From Naegleria gruberi (taxonomy: Eukaryota), in the NCBI GenBank assembly GCA_000004985.1, contig GG738847.1: a stretch of DNA of 64,000 bases; one strand, 5' to 3'. Below are positions 32,494-42,663 of the stretch, piece by piece. The notes beneath the pieces were generated by a model, which saw only the letters and a list, made by a program, of their open reading frames with translations, searched no databases and had not been told where the DNA came from. Position 1 is the stretch's first letter. Each line of letters opens with the position of its first letter. The position numbers and the translations under genes are program-made.

Positions 32494-33666
32494 ATGTCAC
32501 CTCCTATAGTCGTGATTGACTGTGGATCAACAATGTGCAAGGCAGGTTTTGCCGGAGAAGAAGCACCTATATCAACATTCCCTTCCGTTGTTGAATATCG
32601 AAAGACGAAATCAATCATGCTCAACCAAAGGGAGAGAGTTGGGGATAGAGTATTCTCCCAGATTGGTGTAACTTGGGCCAAGCTTCCCATCGAACGTGGC
32701 ACAATTGTGGATTGGGATGGCATGGAGAAGGTGTGGTATTACACATTTCATGATGAATTGAGAGTTGATCCTGAGAGCAATGGTGTGCTATTGACAGAGA
32801 GTGTGTTGAATGACGATACAGCTCGTGAAAAGACAACACAGATCATGTTTGAAAAGTTTAATGTGCCCTCGTTGAATCTTGAAAATCAGGCAGTCTTGTC
32901 ATTGGTTGCTTGTGATTGCCAAACTGGTGTTGTGTTGGAGAGTGGAGGTGGAATTACACAATCTGTTCCAATTTATGAAGGACGTGCCATTAAAGATGCA
33001 GTTTCTAGATTGGAATTGGGTGGAGAGGATTTGTCTGATTTGTTACATCAGATTCTAAACGAAAAGGGTAAAGTGACAAGGTATTTTGAAGAGATGTACT
33101 ATGGGGCAGAAACTAGAAGTGGACGTTGTATTTTGGAGAGTAATGGTAAGAAGGTAAATACGAATGAGAGACAGATGTCTGCAGAAATTAAGAAAAGTTG
33201 TTACGTTGCTTTGGATTTTGAAGAGGAGCTTAAACAATTCGATTCGAAAGATTATGAATTACCAGATGGAAACATGATCACGATTGAAAGTGAAAGATTC
33301 AGATGTCCAGAAGTATTGTTTCATCCAGAATCAATAGGAATGGATGTTGGTGGAATTCATGAAATGATATTCAACTCAATTGGAATGTGTAACCTTGAAT
33401 TAAGACCAGATCTTTTCAACAATGTTGTGCTTAGTGGTGGAAATACCATGTTTGAAGGTATTGGAAAAAGATTGCAAAAGGAATTATGTAGTTTAGCCCC
33501 TGTTTCCATGAATATCAAGGTTACTGCCCCACCAGAAAGACATTGCCTCAGTTGGATTGGTGGTTCAATAATGATGGCATCTTCTGCAAGCCAACAGCAG
33601 AATTTTATTTCAAAGCAAGAGTATGACGATATTGGTGCATCAATTGTTCACAGAAATTATTGTTGA
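32494..33666 (+). CDS. Actin-like / actin-related protein (390 aa, divergent actin fold)
   Basis: Collinear with actin over the full length: IVVIDCGSTMCKAGFAGEEAP, LTESVLNDDTAREKTTQIMFEKFNVP, CYVALDFEEE, YELPDGNMITIESERFRCPEVLFHP, VLSGGNTMFEGIGKRLQKEL, ISKQEYDDIGASIVHR. About half the positions differ from conventional actin. Confidence 0.8.
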   Translation: MSPPIVVIDCGSTMCKAGFAGEEAPISTFPSVVEYRKTKSIMLNQRERVGDRVFSQIGVTWAKLPIERGTIVDWDGMEKVWYYTFHDELRVDPESNGVLLTESVLNDDTAREKTTQIMFEKFNVPSLNLENQAVLSLVACDCQTGVVLESGGGITQSVPIYEGRAIKDAVSRLELGGEDLSDLLHQILNEKGKVTRYFEEMYYGAETRSGRCILESNGKKVNTNERQMSAEIKKSCYVALDFEEELKQFDSKDYELPDGNMITIESERFRCPEVLFHPESIGMDVGGIHEMIFNSIGMCNLELRPDLFNNVVLSGGNTMFEGIGKRLQKELCSLAPVSMNIKVTAPPERHCLSWIGGSIMMASSASQQQNFISKQEYDDIGASIVHRNYC

Positions 33667-33880
33667 ACCAAATGAAAAAGAATACATGTAATACATTCAT
33701 TGCCACAATTTGTGATATTTTCATTAGCCGATTTACTATTCAATATATTAATCAATCAAAATGTAATTAAGGATTTTTTATATTAAGCACTCAATAACCC
33801 GAGATTTAAAAAGGCAGCATCTTGGAACTCTATTAAAATTGTCGGTTGGAATTGAACGCAAGTTCCTTAACAAAAACAAA

Positions 33881-34396
33881 ATGCCAACACATTCAACAAG
33901 CAATCAACACAATAACGCTCAAAAAAGCAATCAGTATCTTCATTCTCATCACGAATTAACCAAAGCCGACTCTAAAAGTTCAGATCTATCCAATGTCACT
34001 GTAGAAGTTATTGGTACGCATAAGGATATTCAATTGGATGATGATTCATTGGAGATTAAGGGAAATTTAAAGATTAAGAGAATTACACAGTCGATTGTCG
34101 AGTGGGATATTCCAATCTATGATGATATTATTATTGAGAGAATATACGGAGAGGGGAAATTGTATTATCATGATGATTATCAGACTAGTCATCATCATCA
34201 ACACGTACAAAATCCTCAACTCTTGAAACATCAACAATTAATTTATGATAGTCGTTCCTCTGATAGAATTCTATGCTCCAATACAAAATATATTCGCTTA
34301 CATAGTGGTCATGCCTATCTGTTCAAACTTGCAAAATATGAAGACTCGGATGAAATTGTGGTGCATTATAGAAATAAGTACTCTTTGGATCTGTAG
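33881..34396 (+). CDS. Hypothetical His/Gln-rich protein (171 aa)
   Basis: ATG at 33881 (aaaATGccaaca); frame start upstream is TTG. No family motif recognised. Confidence 0.4.
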   Translation: MPTHSTSNQHNNAQKSNQYLHSHHELTKADSKSSDLSNVTVEVIGTHKDIQLDDDSLEIKGNLKIKRITQSIVEWDIPIYDDIIIERIYGEGKLYYHDDYQTSHHHQHVQNPQLLKHQQLIYDSRSSDRILCSNTKYIRLHSGHAYLFKLAKYEDSDEIVVHYRNKYSLDL

Positions 34397-34559
34397 CTTA
34401 ATTCTTTTTAACAAACAGCTATACTTCTTTAACATCAATATATTAGCTTAATCATTACCATCACCACTCTCCAACAACAATTCTCCACCAAATAAAAATT
34501 AAAGCCCAAATGAAATTATTCCGGTAATGATTGGCCTTTTTCGAGAATGAATATTCGCG

Positions 34560-36260
34560 ATGAATCTCCAATACAAAAAAAATATCTGTTATCCTCACAG
34601 CACAGGAGAGATGGTCAATGAAAAACAAACGGATAATCATCACGATTCCGAAAAAGATCACAAGCTTATTTATCAGCACCATCATCACGTAGCATTTAAT
34701 ATTAATCCTCCTACTGAAGATGAGAAGAATAATCAAGCCAATTCCACTACAATAGATGATCATTCATCAGAGAATAATTTATTACCCAAGATGTTATTAT
34801 TGCAACACAATCATCATCATCTTCACCATCACTTGGAAGAACACATGAGCACTGATGCTACTGATGTTACCTCTACTGATGATTTCACAGAGAGTACTGT
34901 CAATGGACATTCTCATGATGAGAGTGCTCAAGATGTTGCCATGCACAGGATTGAACAAGTTGCTGAACGTTTTGCAAATGTCACAAAAAAGAAGAGTAAG
35001 AAGGCTCTTAAATTACTGACAGAGAGTCCTTTCAATATTTTCAAAGAGATTATGGATGAAGAGGAGGAACAATCCTCTGGTGAGGAAGATTTGGAAAATA
35101 ACATACCAAAAACTGTTTCTCACTCGAGAACACAATCCATAGAATCACTTCCAAAAGAAGAAATAATTGAGGAAAATGGTGTAACAATTAATCAAACTAT
35201 TCCGAATGCTGTTGGTGACAGCAAGGAACAAAACCCTGAATCGAAGGCATTGGATGAATCCACTCACTTGGTTCAAGACACTGAATTCACTCCAAAGAAT
35301 ATTTATAATCAAGAAGATACAGGAAAGCCAATCAAATTCCACACCCACTTTTGTCTGTGCTCTTTTGATGAGACTCCTGATTTTTTGAGAAACAATCCAT
35401 TCATTAGAAATCACTATAGAAAATACTTTTCTTTCAAATTATGTCTCCAAAGTATCTTTAGATTACACAATGAAACTGTCAATATCTGGACACACATGCT
35501 TCCAATATTTGGATACGTTGCTCTCATATTCTATACCATTTACTTTATGGTTGCAGAGCATAATACTGGCTCATTCAGTGCACAAAACGTTTTGGACATG
35601 ATCATTGTTATCATTTATCTTGGATTTGCAATTAATTGCTTTTTCTGTTCATCAATGTATCACACCCTTAACTGTCACTCAAAGAAAATTTGGGGTATTT
35701 CGTACAGATGTGATGTGAGTGCCATTTCTGGACTTATTGGAAGTAGCATCATTCCAGCTCTGTACTTTAACTTGTATTGTTATGTTGGTTGGCAAATAGT
35801 TTACATTTCATCAATTGGTTTGTTTGCAGTTGTTGGAATGATTTTCCCATGCCTGCCATTCAAGAGTCCGCGTGCTCTCAAAATTTTTGGTATTGTGAGA
35901 ACTGTTTTATTCATTTCTATGGTTTTGAGTGCTATTATTCCAATTTCACACTTTTTACTTTTCATTCTTCCATTGAAACAAGAGTATACAGGTAGTTTCT
36001 ATTCGGATTACAATCAAGATTTCATGATTGGAATTATCATTGTGGTTTCATTGTATGGTCTTGGATTAGTTTTCTGGCTCACCAAATTCCCTGAAAGAGC
36101 CTTCCCTGGCAAATTTGACTTGTTCTTTTCATCACACAATATTTGGCATGCTTTCATTGTTGCTGCCAGCTCCTTATGGTATTATTATTGTCTGACTCTG
36201 TATGTTGTCAAGGTTGAAAAACTGAAACTTGGCCTCTCTTGTCCAAGTGATGCATTTTAA
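34560..36260 (+). CDS. PAQR / haemolysin-III family seven-TM receptor (adiponectin-receptor-like) with ~290 aa acidic/His-rich N-terminal extension
   Basis: PAQR motifs NETVNIWTHMLPIF, SSMYHTLNCHS, and C-terminal FSSHNIWHAFIVAAS. Seven predicted TM helices in the C-terminal 270 aa. Confidence 0.75.
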   Translation: MNLQYKKNICYPHSTGEMVNEKQTDNHHDSEKDHKLIYQHHHHVAFNINPPTEDEKNNQANSTTIDDHSSENNLLPKMLLLQHNHHHLHHHLEEHMSTDATDVTSTDDFTESTVNGHSHDESAQDVAMHRIEQVAERFANVTKKKSKKALKLLTESPFNIFKEIMDEEEEQSSGEEDLENNIPKTVSHSRTQSIESLPKEEIIEENGVTINQTIPNAVGDSKEQNPESKALDESTHLVQDTEFTPKNIYNQEDTGKPIKFHTHFCLCSFDETPDFLRNNPFIRNHYRKYFSFKLCLQSIFRLHNETVNIWTHMLPIFGYVALIFYTIYFMVAEHNTGSFSAQNVLDMIIVIIYLGFAINCFFCSSMYHTLNCHSKKIWGISYRCDVSAISGLIGSSIIPALYFNLYCYVGWQIVYISSIGLFAVVGMIFPCLPFKSPRALKIFGIVRTVLFISMVLSAIIPISHFLLFILPLKQEYTGSFYSDYNQDFMIGIIIVVSLYGLGLVFWLTKFPERAFPGKFDLFFSSHNIWHAFIVAASSLWYYYCLTLYVVKVEKLKLGLSCPSDAF

Positions 36261-36308
36261 TAAGGCAAAAAGAAATACTAACGAACTAATGTAAATAGTT
36301 AAAATAAT

Positions 36309-39300
36309 TTATTGTGAATATTTTTCAATAGCCAAATTTTGTACAAGTGAACCAAGTTCAAAGACTGATTTGATTGCTATCAGTTCATCCTTTGGTTGAA
36401 CAAAAAGAGTATTAGCATCTCTTCCATTCTTTGAAAATGCTTCATCCAGTGAGTGATTCACAAATGGTGTGCATTTAGAAGTGAGAAGAGAATGTCTGCA
36501 TAAAACAAAGAGAGCTTTTCTAGCTGCAGACAAGGCAACAGATAATCTGTGAGGATCATTCAAGTGACCAGGATGGGTAGTTCTAACAGTTGAAAGAATG
36601 ACAATGTCATTAACTTGACCTTGATATCTATCAATGGTTGTTACCACTGGATAACCCAAAGATTCACATCTTTGTTTGAGAATATCCCTAATGAGAGTCT
36701 TCTGACCTTGGTATGAAGCAAGAATGGTAATAGAGTCAGAGGAGTGACCAATTAGACGCAAATACATGTACAGTGCTACAGCATATTCAGCCTCTCCTTG
36801 ATTTTGGTACATGTGAGAGGAGAGCAATGTTTCACCTCTTCCATTCAAATCTTCCACATTTACAAGTTGATAATTAAATTTGAATCCTTTCAATTTCTCT
36901 TCAGAATATGTTACATGATCATAAGTGTTTGGATAATTCCATTTGAATAGAGGTAGTAAGGATGAAGAAATTTGAGTTGAATCGAAAGGAAGTTTGATAA
37001 TATTCTCCTCATCAATGAATCTTCCAAAACGAGCAAATAAAGATTGACTCAAGTTGGAGAATGGCTCTATTTGTTTGTTATATACCACAGGTTTCATTTG
37101 ATTTAAATCTCCAATCAAGATTATTTTCTTAATTCTCTTAGATACTGTCATTGGGATGAAAGATTCAATTTCTGAAATTCTGCCAGCATCTTCAATGATT
37201 AATGTGTCAAAATTAAAATTGAGTTCTTGGAATTCCTTTCTCTTTACAGCCGCATGAGTGGAAGTCATGGCAACTACTCTTGATTGTTGAGTAAGAACGT
37301 GGTTACATCTCGATTGGTAGGCTCTGATATTCTCCAATACCTTACATTCGTTGATGAGTTCGAATAATAATTTCAATTCGGAATATAATTCGTGAGCCAT
37401 GTCTAAATTTTCATTAAATGACTCAGACGAGAACAAATGCTCTTCATTCATAACTTCTCTAAAGTAATTTTGGAATGGGAAGTTGGTCTCAAAGAATGAA
37501 AGACTTTCATTTTCCAATTCCTTATCCTTTGAACCACACAACTCCAGGAATGACTTCCAAAGAGAGTGAATATTACCAATAAAGAAATGAGAAGCTGTTT
37601 CACATGAAATATTAGTGAATTGAGGATAGCCAAGAGAAGTAGCCAACTGTTCTAGAGTTTTCAAAACTTCAATTCTTTTTTGAATGAGGTAATTGACTCT
37701 ACCGAATTTGCTATACTCATTCTTTTCACCGCCTAGTCTAAGTAAATGTCTTTCGTGTACTTTAGAATTCTCTAATTGTTCAAATACGCTATTCAAAGCT
37801 AAATTTGACCTAGCAATAATCACTGTTCTTTGATTTGGATTTGTAACATAAATATTCTCAATAATCTTTGTTAAAACGTTATGCTTTCCGCACCCTGGAG
37901 GAGCTTGAATATAGGTGAGTCCCTTTTCTGGGCTGGTTGCTGATCGAATGGCTCTTATTTGCTCCTTACTGAATCTATAACCAGTATCGGTTGCATTAGG
38001 TGATTTCAACTCTCTAGGAATGTATGATGAGTAGGCTGTAACATTCTTCTCCAAACCAAAGGTAACAGTGAAGTAATTAGAATTGGTTGGACTAGAAGCT
38101 TTCAAATTGCTTGGAACATCTAGAGATTCCCTAATATGGTCTTCATCTTGGAAAGAATTTCTAAAATCAACTGTACTCTCAGAAGAATCGAAAGAAGGTT
38201 CATAACCAAGAATATAATCTGATAACCAACTAACAAGGTTGTTTGTTCCATTATTCATTAAATTTCTCATGCTTTCGAGAACAGCTTTGAAATTATTATC
38301 TTTTGGTTTCTGTCTTACTACCAAGTTAAAGTGAGAATAAATGTCTACTCGTGACTTTTCTTGTTCCTTTCTATCAGCAAGATATTGAATCGGATCCAAT
38401 AAGACAACCAATCTACGTTCTGGTGTTGAAAGCTCAAATTCAAGGGTTTCGTCTTGCTCGGCAACCTTTGTTTGGTTGTTAATGACATTTCCATCCGCAT
38501 CCTCTTGCCTCAACAACTCACATCCTCTAATAGAGACAATGCCAAACTTTTCATCGAATTTGGCATTTTCATTGCTGTGCATTTTGGCCTTAATTTGAAC
38601 TAGGAAAAGAATATCATTCTTTCTAATATTTTCCCATTCCTCACGAATACTTTGTGATTCAATAGAGGAAAGATTAATCGTAATGGCTCCTTCAACCTTG
38701 GATGGTGAGGTTTCTCCGATACTTGGGGGAGCAACCTCAACAAGTTCAAAAGGAGAAGTCATCGGAAGGGCCATTCTAAATCCAGAATGAAATTGTGTCT
38801 TGCCAGTTGCAGGATTCTTAGAGTATTCCAAATTAGAAATAGTATTTTCAAGAGATTGTCTCAAGCTGTATGTCTTTTCAAGTTTGAAAAGCTCATAATT
38901 TCTGAGCAAATAGTCAAACAAGGAGAGATATTGAATTCCAAGTTTTGGAATAATATTTGGTAATCCTTTGTAAGCTAAATTGGTTTGAATAGATTCATCG
39001 GTAAGACCTTCAGCCCAAATGGTCTTTTCTGTTGGATAAAGAGAAGTGGTATTGATCTTTTCTATTGGGGATGGTTTTCTTTCGTGATTGGATACTATTA
39101 ATTCAATGAGAAGCTCCTCAGAAAAATCCTCTCCAGTTTCATACTTTCCCACTAAATCTAAATGTCTACACAAATCTACTAGCTCTTCCTTTTTAATTGA
39201 AGCGAGGATCTTTTCGAGGTAATCCCTAGATTGAACTGTAGCAACTGTCTGGACGGAAAGATCCTTTAAACTTTCAGTAAAATGTTGGAATGATATTAAT

Positions 39301-40351
39301 TGCAAATTTGCAACCTTTTCAGCATAAATACCTGCATATTCTGTTGCTGACAAGACTTCTCCTGTATCGTCATTAATATCGAAATGTAAATAGAACTCGT
39401 ATTTCTCTACCAAATCAAAAAACTTTGAAGACTGTGCGCCTGTTCTTAAAAACAATCTACAATGCTCCAAAACATGAGCATCTAACAAGTATAGACGTGA
39501 AAATTTTCTTGTTGGTATTTGAGAAAGTAAATCTATTAAAAATTCTAAAAATCTTTCACAGTATGTCATTAATTCATTATTATCACCTTCTACCAAACTC
39601 TTGAGAGATTCTAAAAAGTGAGTGACAAGAGATGGAACAAAGTTTGACTTGGAATCAGAATTGTTTTTCTTTGCAGAAAATTTTTTCCAATATTTTGTTA
39701 ATCCTCTCTTTGCTATTTCATTGTTTCTTCTAGAAGGATTAACATGAGTCCACAAAGGTAGTGACACATAATCCAAACACAATCTATTTATCAAATCAAT
39801 ATGAGAGAAACAATTAATCAGAAATACGATTAATATCAGTCTTTCCTTTGTATTCCTATATTCCAAATTAATTGCCAAATTATGTAATTGTTCGAATTTA
39901 CTATCAGTAGCAATATCCTTGAAATTAGTTTGATGACATTTTTCATTAATCATTACTATTAAAGATAATATAAATTCTCTAGAGTTTTTTCCATTATCAA
40001 AATTATTCCACAATACACTATTCATGTGTTAATCAATTCATTTCCTAAGAAAACTTACTGTTCAAAATAATTCGATGAAAATAATTGTGCAAATACTCCG
40101 CTAGATTCATTCAACAAATCCATACAAATAACATCAAATACTTGATTAATTAATTGTTCATCAAGAGCAATACACTTTTCCCATCGGGTTGATAAAACTC
40201 TAATTTGTTCATCATTGGCTTGATCCACCTTCATTTTCTTACTAGAGGCCTCTGAAGATCCTTCTTCCACAGTTGTTTGTTGATGATCATCACCATTCAT
40301 ACCATCACCATTATCAGGTAACACATTTTCCTCTGGATTTTTTCTCTTCAT
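36309..40351 (-). CDS. Aquarius (AQR/IBP160/EMB-4) intron-binding spliceosomal SF1 helicase homolog. Exons 40059..40351 and 36309..40017, with a 41-nt intron 40018..40058
   Basis: Long collinear similarity to AQR. RTVIIARSNLALNSVFEQLENSKVHERHLLRLGGEKNEYSKFGRVNYLIQKRIEVL ~ AQR RTLIVTHSNQALNQLFEKI..ERHLLRLGHGEE..SRYGRVNYVLARRIELL. Helicase motifs IQAPPGCGKHNV (I), LIIEDAGRISEIE (II), ILIGDLNQMKPVV, LASYQGQ, TIDRYQGQ. N-terminal exon block YFEH|VLWNNF..LSLIVMINEKC matches the AQR N-terminus. Confidence 0.8.
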
Positions 40352-40552
40352 TTTTTTAATGCTGGAAAACAAGGTAAGAATAATGTGCTTGCTTGAAGGT
40401 GAATTGTTTTTCTTCATGTATTATCATCATTAGTGTTTATTATTATTTACAATTTTAATTATTATTATTATTCTAATAGGTTGAGAGGAAGTAAAACCAC
40501 ACGTTTTTCTTCTTCATAATAAATTATATAATGGCCATCATCCTGGTGTGAA

Positions 40553-41371
40553 TTAATCATCTAATCCCATCTTATCCAGCAAGGCATCCAAGTCTGGTGT
40601 TGGGGAGAGTAGGCAATTGTCAGCATTTCCATTGTTGTTATTACGTTTCAATGGTGAAGTAAAACATGAGAAATCATCTTCATCAGAGGAATTTGTTGTT
40701 CTCTTCTCAACAACCTTTTCAGCATCCAATTTAACAGATAAACTATTGTTGGAGGCTCCTAGTACGGTGGATGCTACTGAATTCCACATGACATTATCAG
40801 AGGAGGTCCTTTCTGCCAATTCATCATACTGGTGCTTGAGTTTGTTGTATCTTTCCTTGGCAAACATCTTTTGTTCATGCATTTCTCTCACCTTCTCTTC
40901 TAATTGTTTAATGTATTCATCTTTGAGGTCATTGTCTCTTTGCAAGTCTTTAATTCTTTCCTTTTGTTGAAAGAGGAGGAGGGAAATGTCCTTGACAGCG
41001 TTGGCAGAGGTGTTTGAAGATGATTCTGGTGACAAATCTTGCAAATGCATGGTATGCTCAACTTGGTATGGAGAGGAAATTTCATGTTGTTTTGGTGTGG
41101 TTGTTTCAGGTGTTGGAGGTGAGTCTGGAATGTGAGGTTTAGTAGTGATAGAATACCATGAAAACCAGTTCAACCACGAATTGGATCTATTGTGTCTAGT
41201 TGGTGTTTCCTTCTTTGGAGTTACTTGTTCTTCAGATTCTGTTTCACTATCTGAATCATCGGAAGGAGCCAATAATTGAAGACGTTTCTGAAGGAGAGTA
41301 GAGTTTGAAACAACGTTATTCTTGTTGGATTCCTCTTCGGCAAGAGTTTTAACTGATTGGACAAGTGACAT
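40553..41371 (-). CDS. Hypothetical Ser/Thr-rich coiled-coil protein (272 aa)
   Basis: ATG at 41371. Central heptad-rich segment KERIKDLQRDNDLKDEYIKQLEEKVREMHEQKMFAKERYNKLKHQYDEL. Confidence 0.45.
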   Translation of the reverse strand: MSLVQSVKTLAEEESNKNNVVSNSTLLQKRLQLLAPSDDSDSETESEEQVTPKKETPTRHNRSNSWLNWFSWYSITTKPHIPDSPPTPETTTPKQHEISSPYQVEHTMHLQDLSPESSSNTSANAVKDISLLLFQQKERIKDLQRDNDLKDEYIKQLEEKVREMHEQKMFAKERYNKLKHQYDELAERTSSDNVMWNSVASTVLGASNNSLSVKLDAEKVVEKRTTNSSDEDDFSCFTSPLKRNNNNGNADNCLLSPTPDLDALLDKMGLDD

Positions 41372-41437
41372 TTTTTTTAAATTTTAAATGTAACGGTAAG
41401 TTTATCAACTTTTGGTGGTTAAATTGCATTCCATGAA

Positions 41438-42367
41438 TTACTCCACAGATACATCAGAAAATACTGGTCCATCTGAATCATCGTCTCCACTGTAGTAATC
41501 GGAATTTCTTCTCATTATCTCAGCAAAATCTTGTAATCCCATTCTTCCTCCAGCAGATGCGTTCATTCTACCCAAATTCATGAATGGATTATTTGCAGCG
41601 TTTCCTCCCATAAAACTATTCATGAAAATGCTTGGGTCAATATTTGGTTGAGCTCCATTTGAGCCAGGCGTTCCAGAAGCTTGATTGAACATTGAATCAA
41701 ATGAAAAGAATGAAGAGAAATAACCAGACAATCCTAAATTCCAAGAACGGTCAATAGCAGTAAAAACTCCTTTCACAATTGTCCAATAGTCTTGAATTGA
41801 GGAGAATGGACCTCCAGGATTACTCGATTCCACATCAGATAATCCATGTTTACAATCTCTAAATACACGAATAATAATGAGTGTCACCAATAAATAATAA
41901 AACAAATTTTCAAAAAGAGTAGTCAATCCCAAATGCTTTCCTGTTGAAATAAAGTCATAAATGAAAAAGTATTCAAAAGGAACAATACTCAAAAGGAATG
42001 GGAATGAAAAGGATGTTGTGAAATAATTCTTCATCCACAATGCGAAATATCCCAAAGTAAAAACATTAAACCAATCCAACATTGAGTAGGGTTTTGCGTA
42101 ATCCTCCATTGTTAGCTGCAAACTATGTTCTGGCATTCTAACTAAATTATCAAAAAAGGGTTTGTGCACAAGATGAATTCTTCGGAACAGAGTTGTATCA
42201 TCACCGAATTCTTCTCCCAAGTAATCATGATTTTTAAACCATCCCAAGTAGATACTCGATATTAACAAGGCTGCACACACTCGAATTATACTACTCTTTC
42301 TAGATAACATTGAATTTACATTATTCACAGCAGAGAGTACTGAAAATACTCGATTGATTGTTGCCAT
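41438..42367 (-). CDS. Multi-pass membrane protein (309 aa) with Gly/Asn/Met-rich C-terminal tail; family not recognised
   Basis: ATG at 42367. About four or five hydrophobic helices (IIRVCAALLISSIYLGW, FNVFTLGYFALWM, FPFLLSIVPFEYFFIY, LFYYLLVTLIIIRVF). Acidic C-terminus. Confidence 0.45.
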   Translation of the reverse strand: MATINRVFSVLSAVNNVNSMLSRKSSIIRVCAALLISSIYLGWFKNHDYLGEEFGDDTTLFRRIHLVHKPFFDNLVRMPEHSLQLTMEDYAKPYSMLDWFNVFTLGYFALWMKNYFTTSFSFPFLLSIVPFEYFFIYDFISTGKHLGLTTLFENLFYYLLVTLIIIRVFRDCKHGLSDVESSNPGGPFSSIQDYWTIVKGVFTAIDRSWNLGLSGYFSSFFSFDSMFNQASGTPGSNGAQPNIDPSIFMNSFMGGNAANNPFMNLGRMNASAGGRMGLQDFAEIMRRNSDYYSGDDDSDGPVFSDVSVE

Positions 42368-42663
42368 TAATTTTGATGAGAATTATTCCAAAATTATTGA
42401 TGAATAGAGAGTGGATGACGATATTTTTTATGAGAGTTCTTTTGTATGGAAAGAATCTTTCCTTTACAATTATTTTGCAACAATGATATCTTACTACACA
42501 AAGAATAATGAAATTTCACAATAATGATCTAATTGTCATTGTTGTTTTTGAAAATGTTTAAAATATCACCTTCACAGTTGAAGTACTCAACTTGAAATTG
42601 GCGCAAAGATTACTGTAAAAAACTAGCGGTTTCTCATTTTACATTAATAAAAAACTGAAAAAA

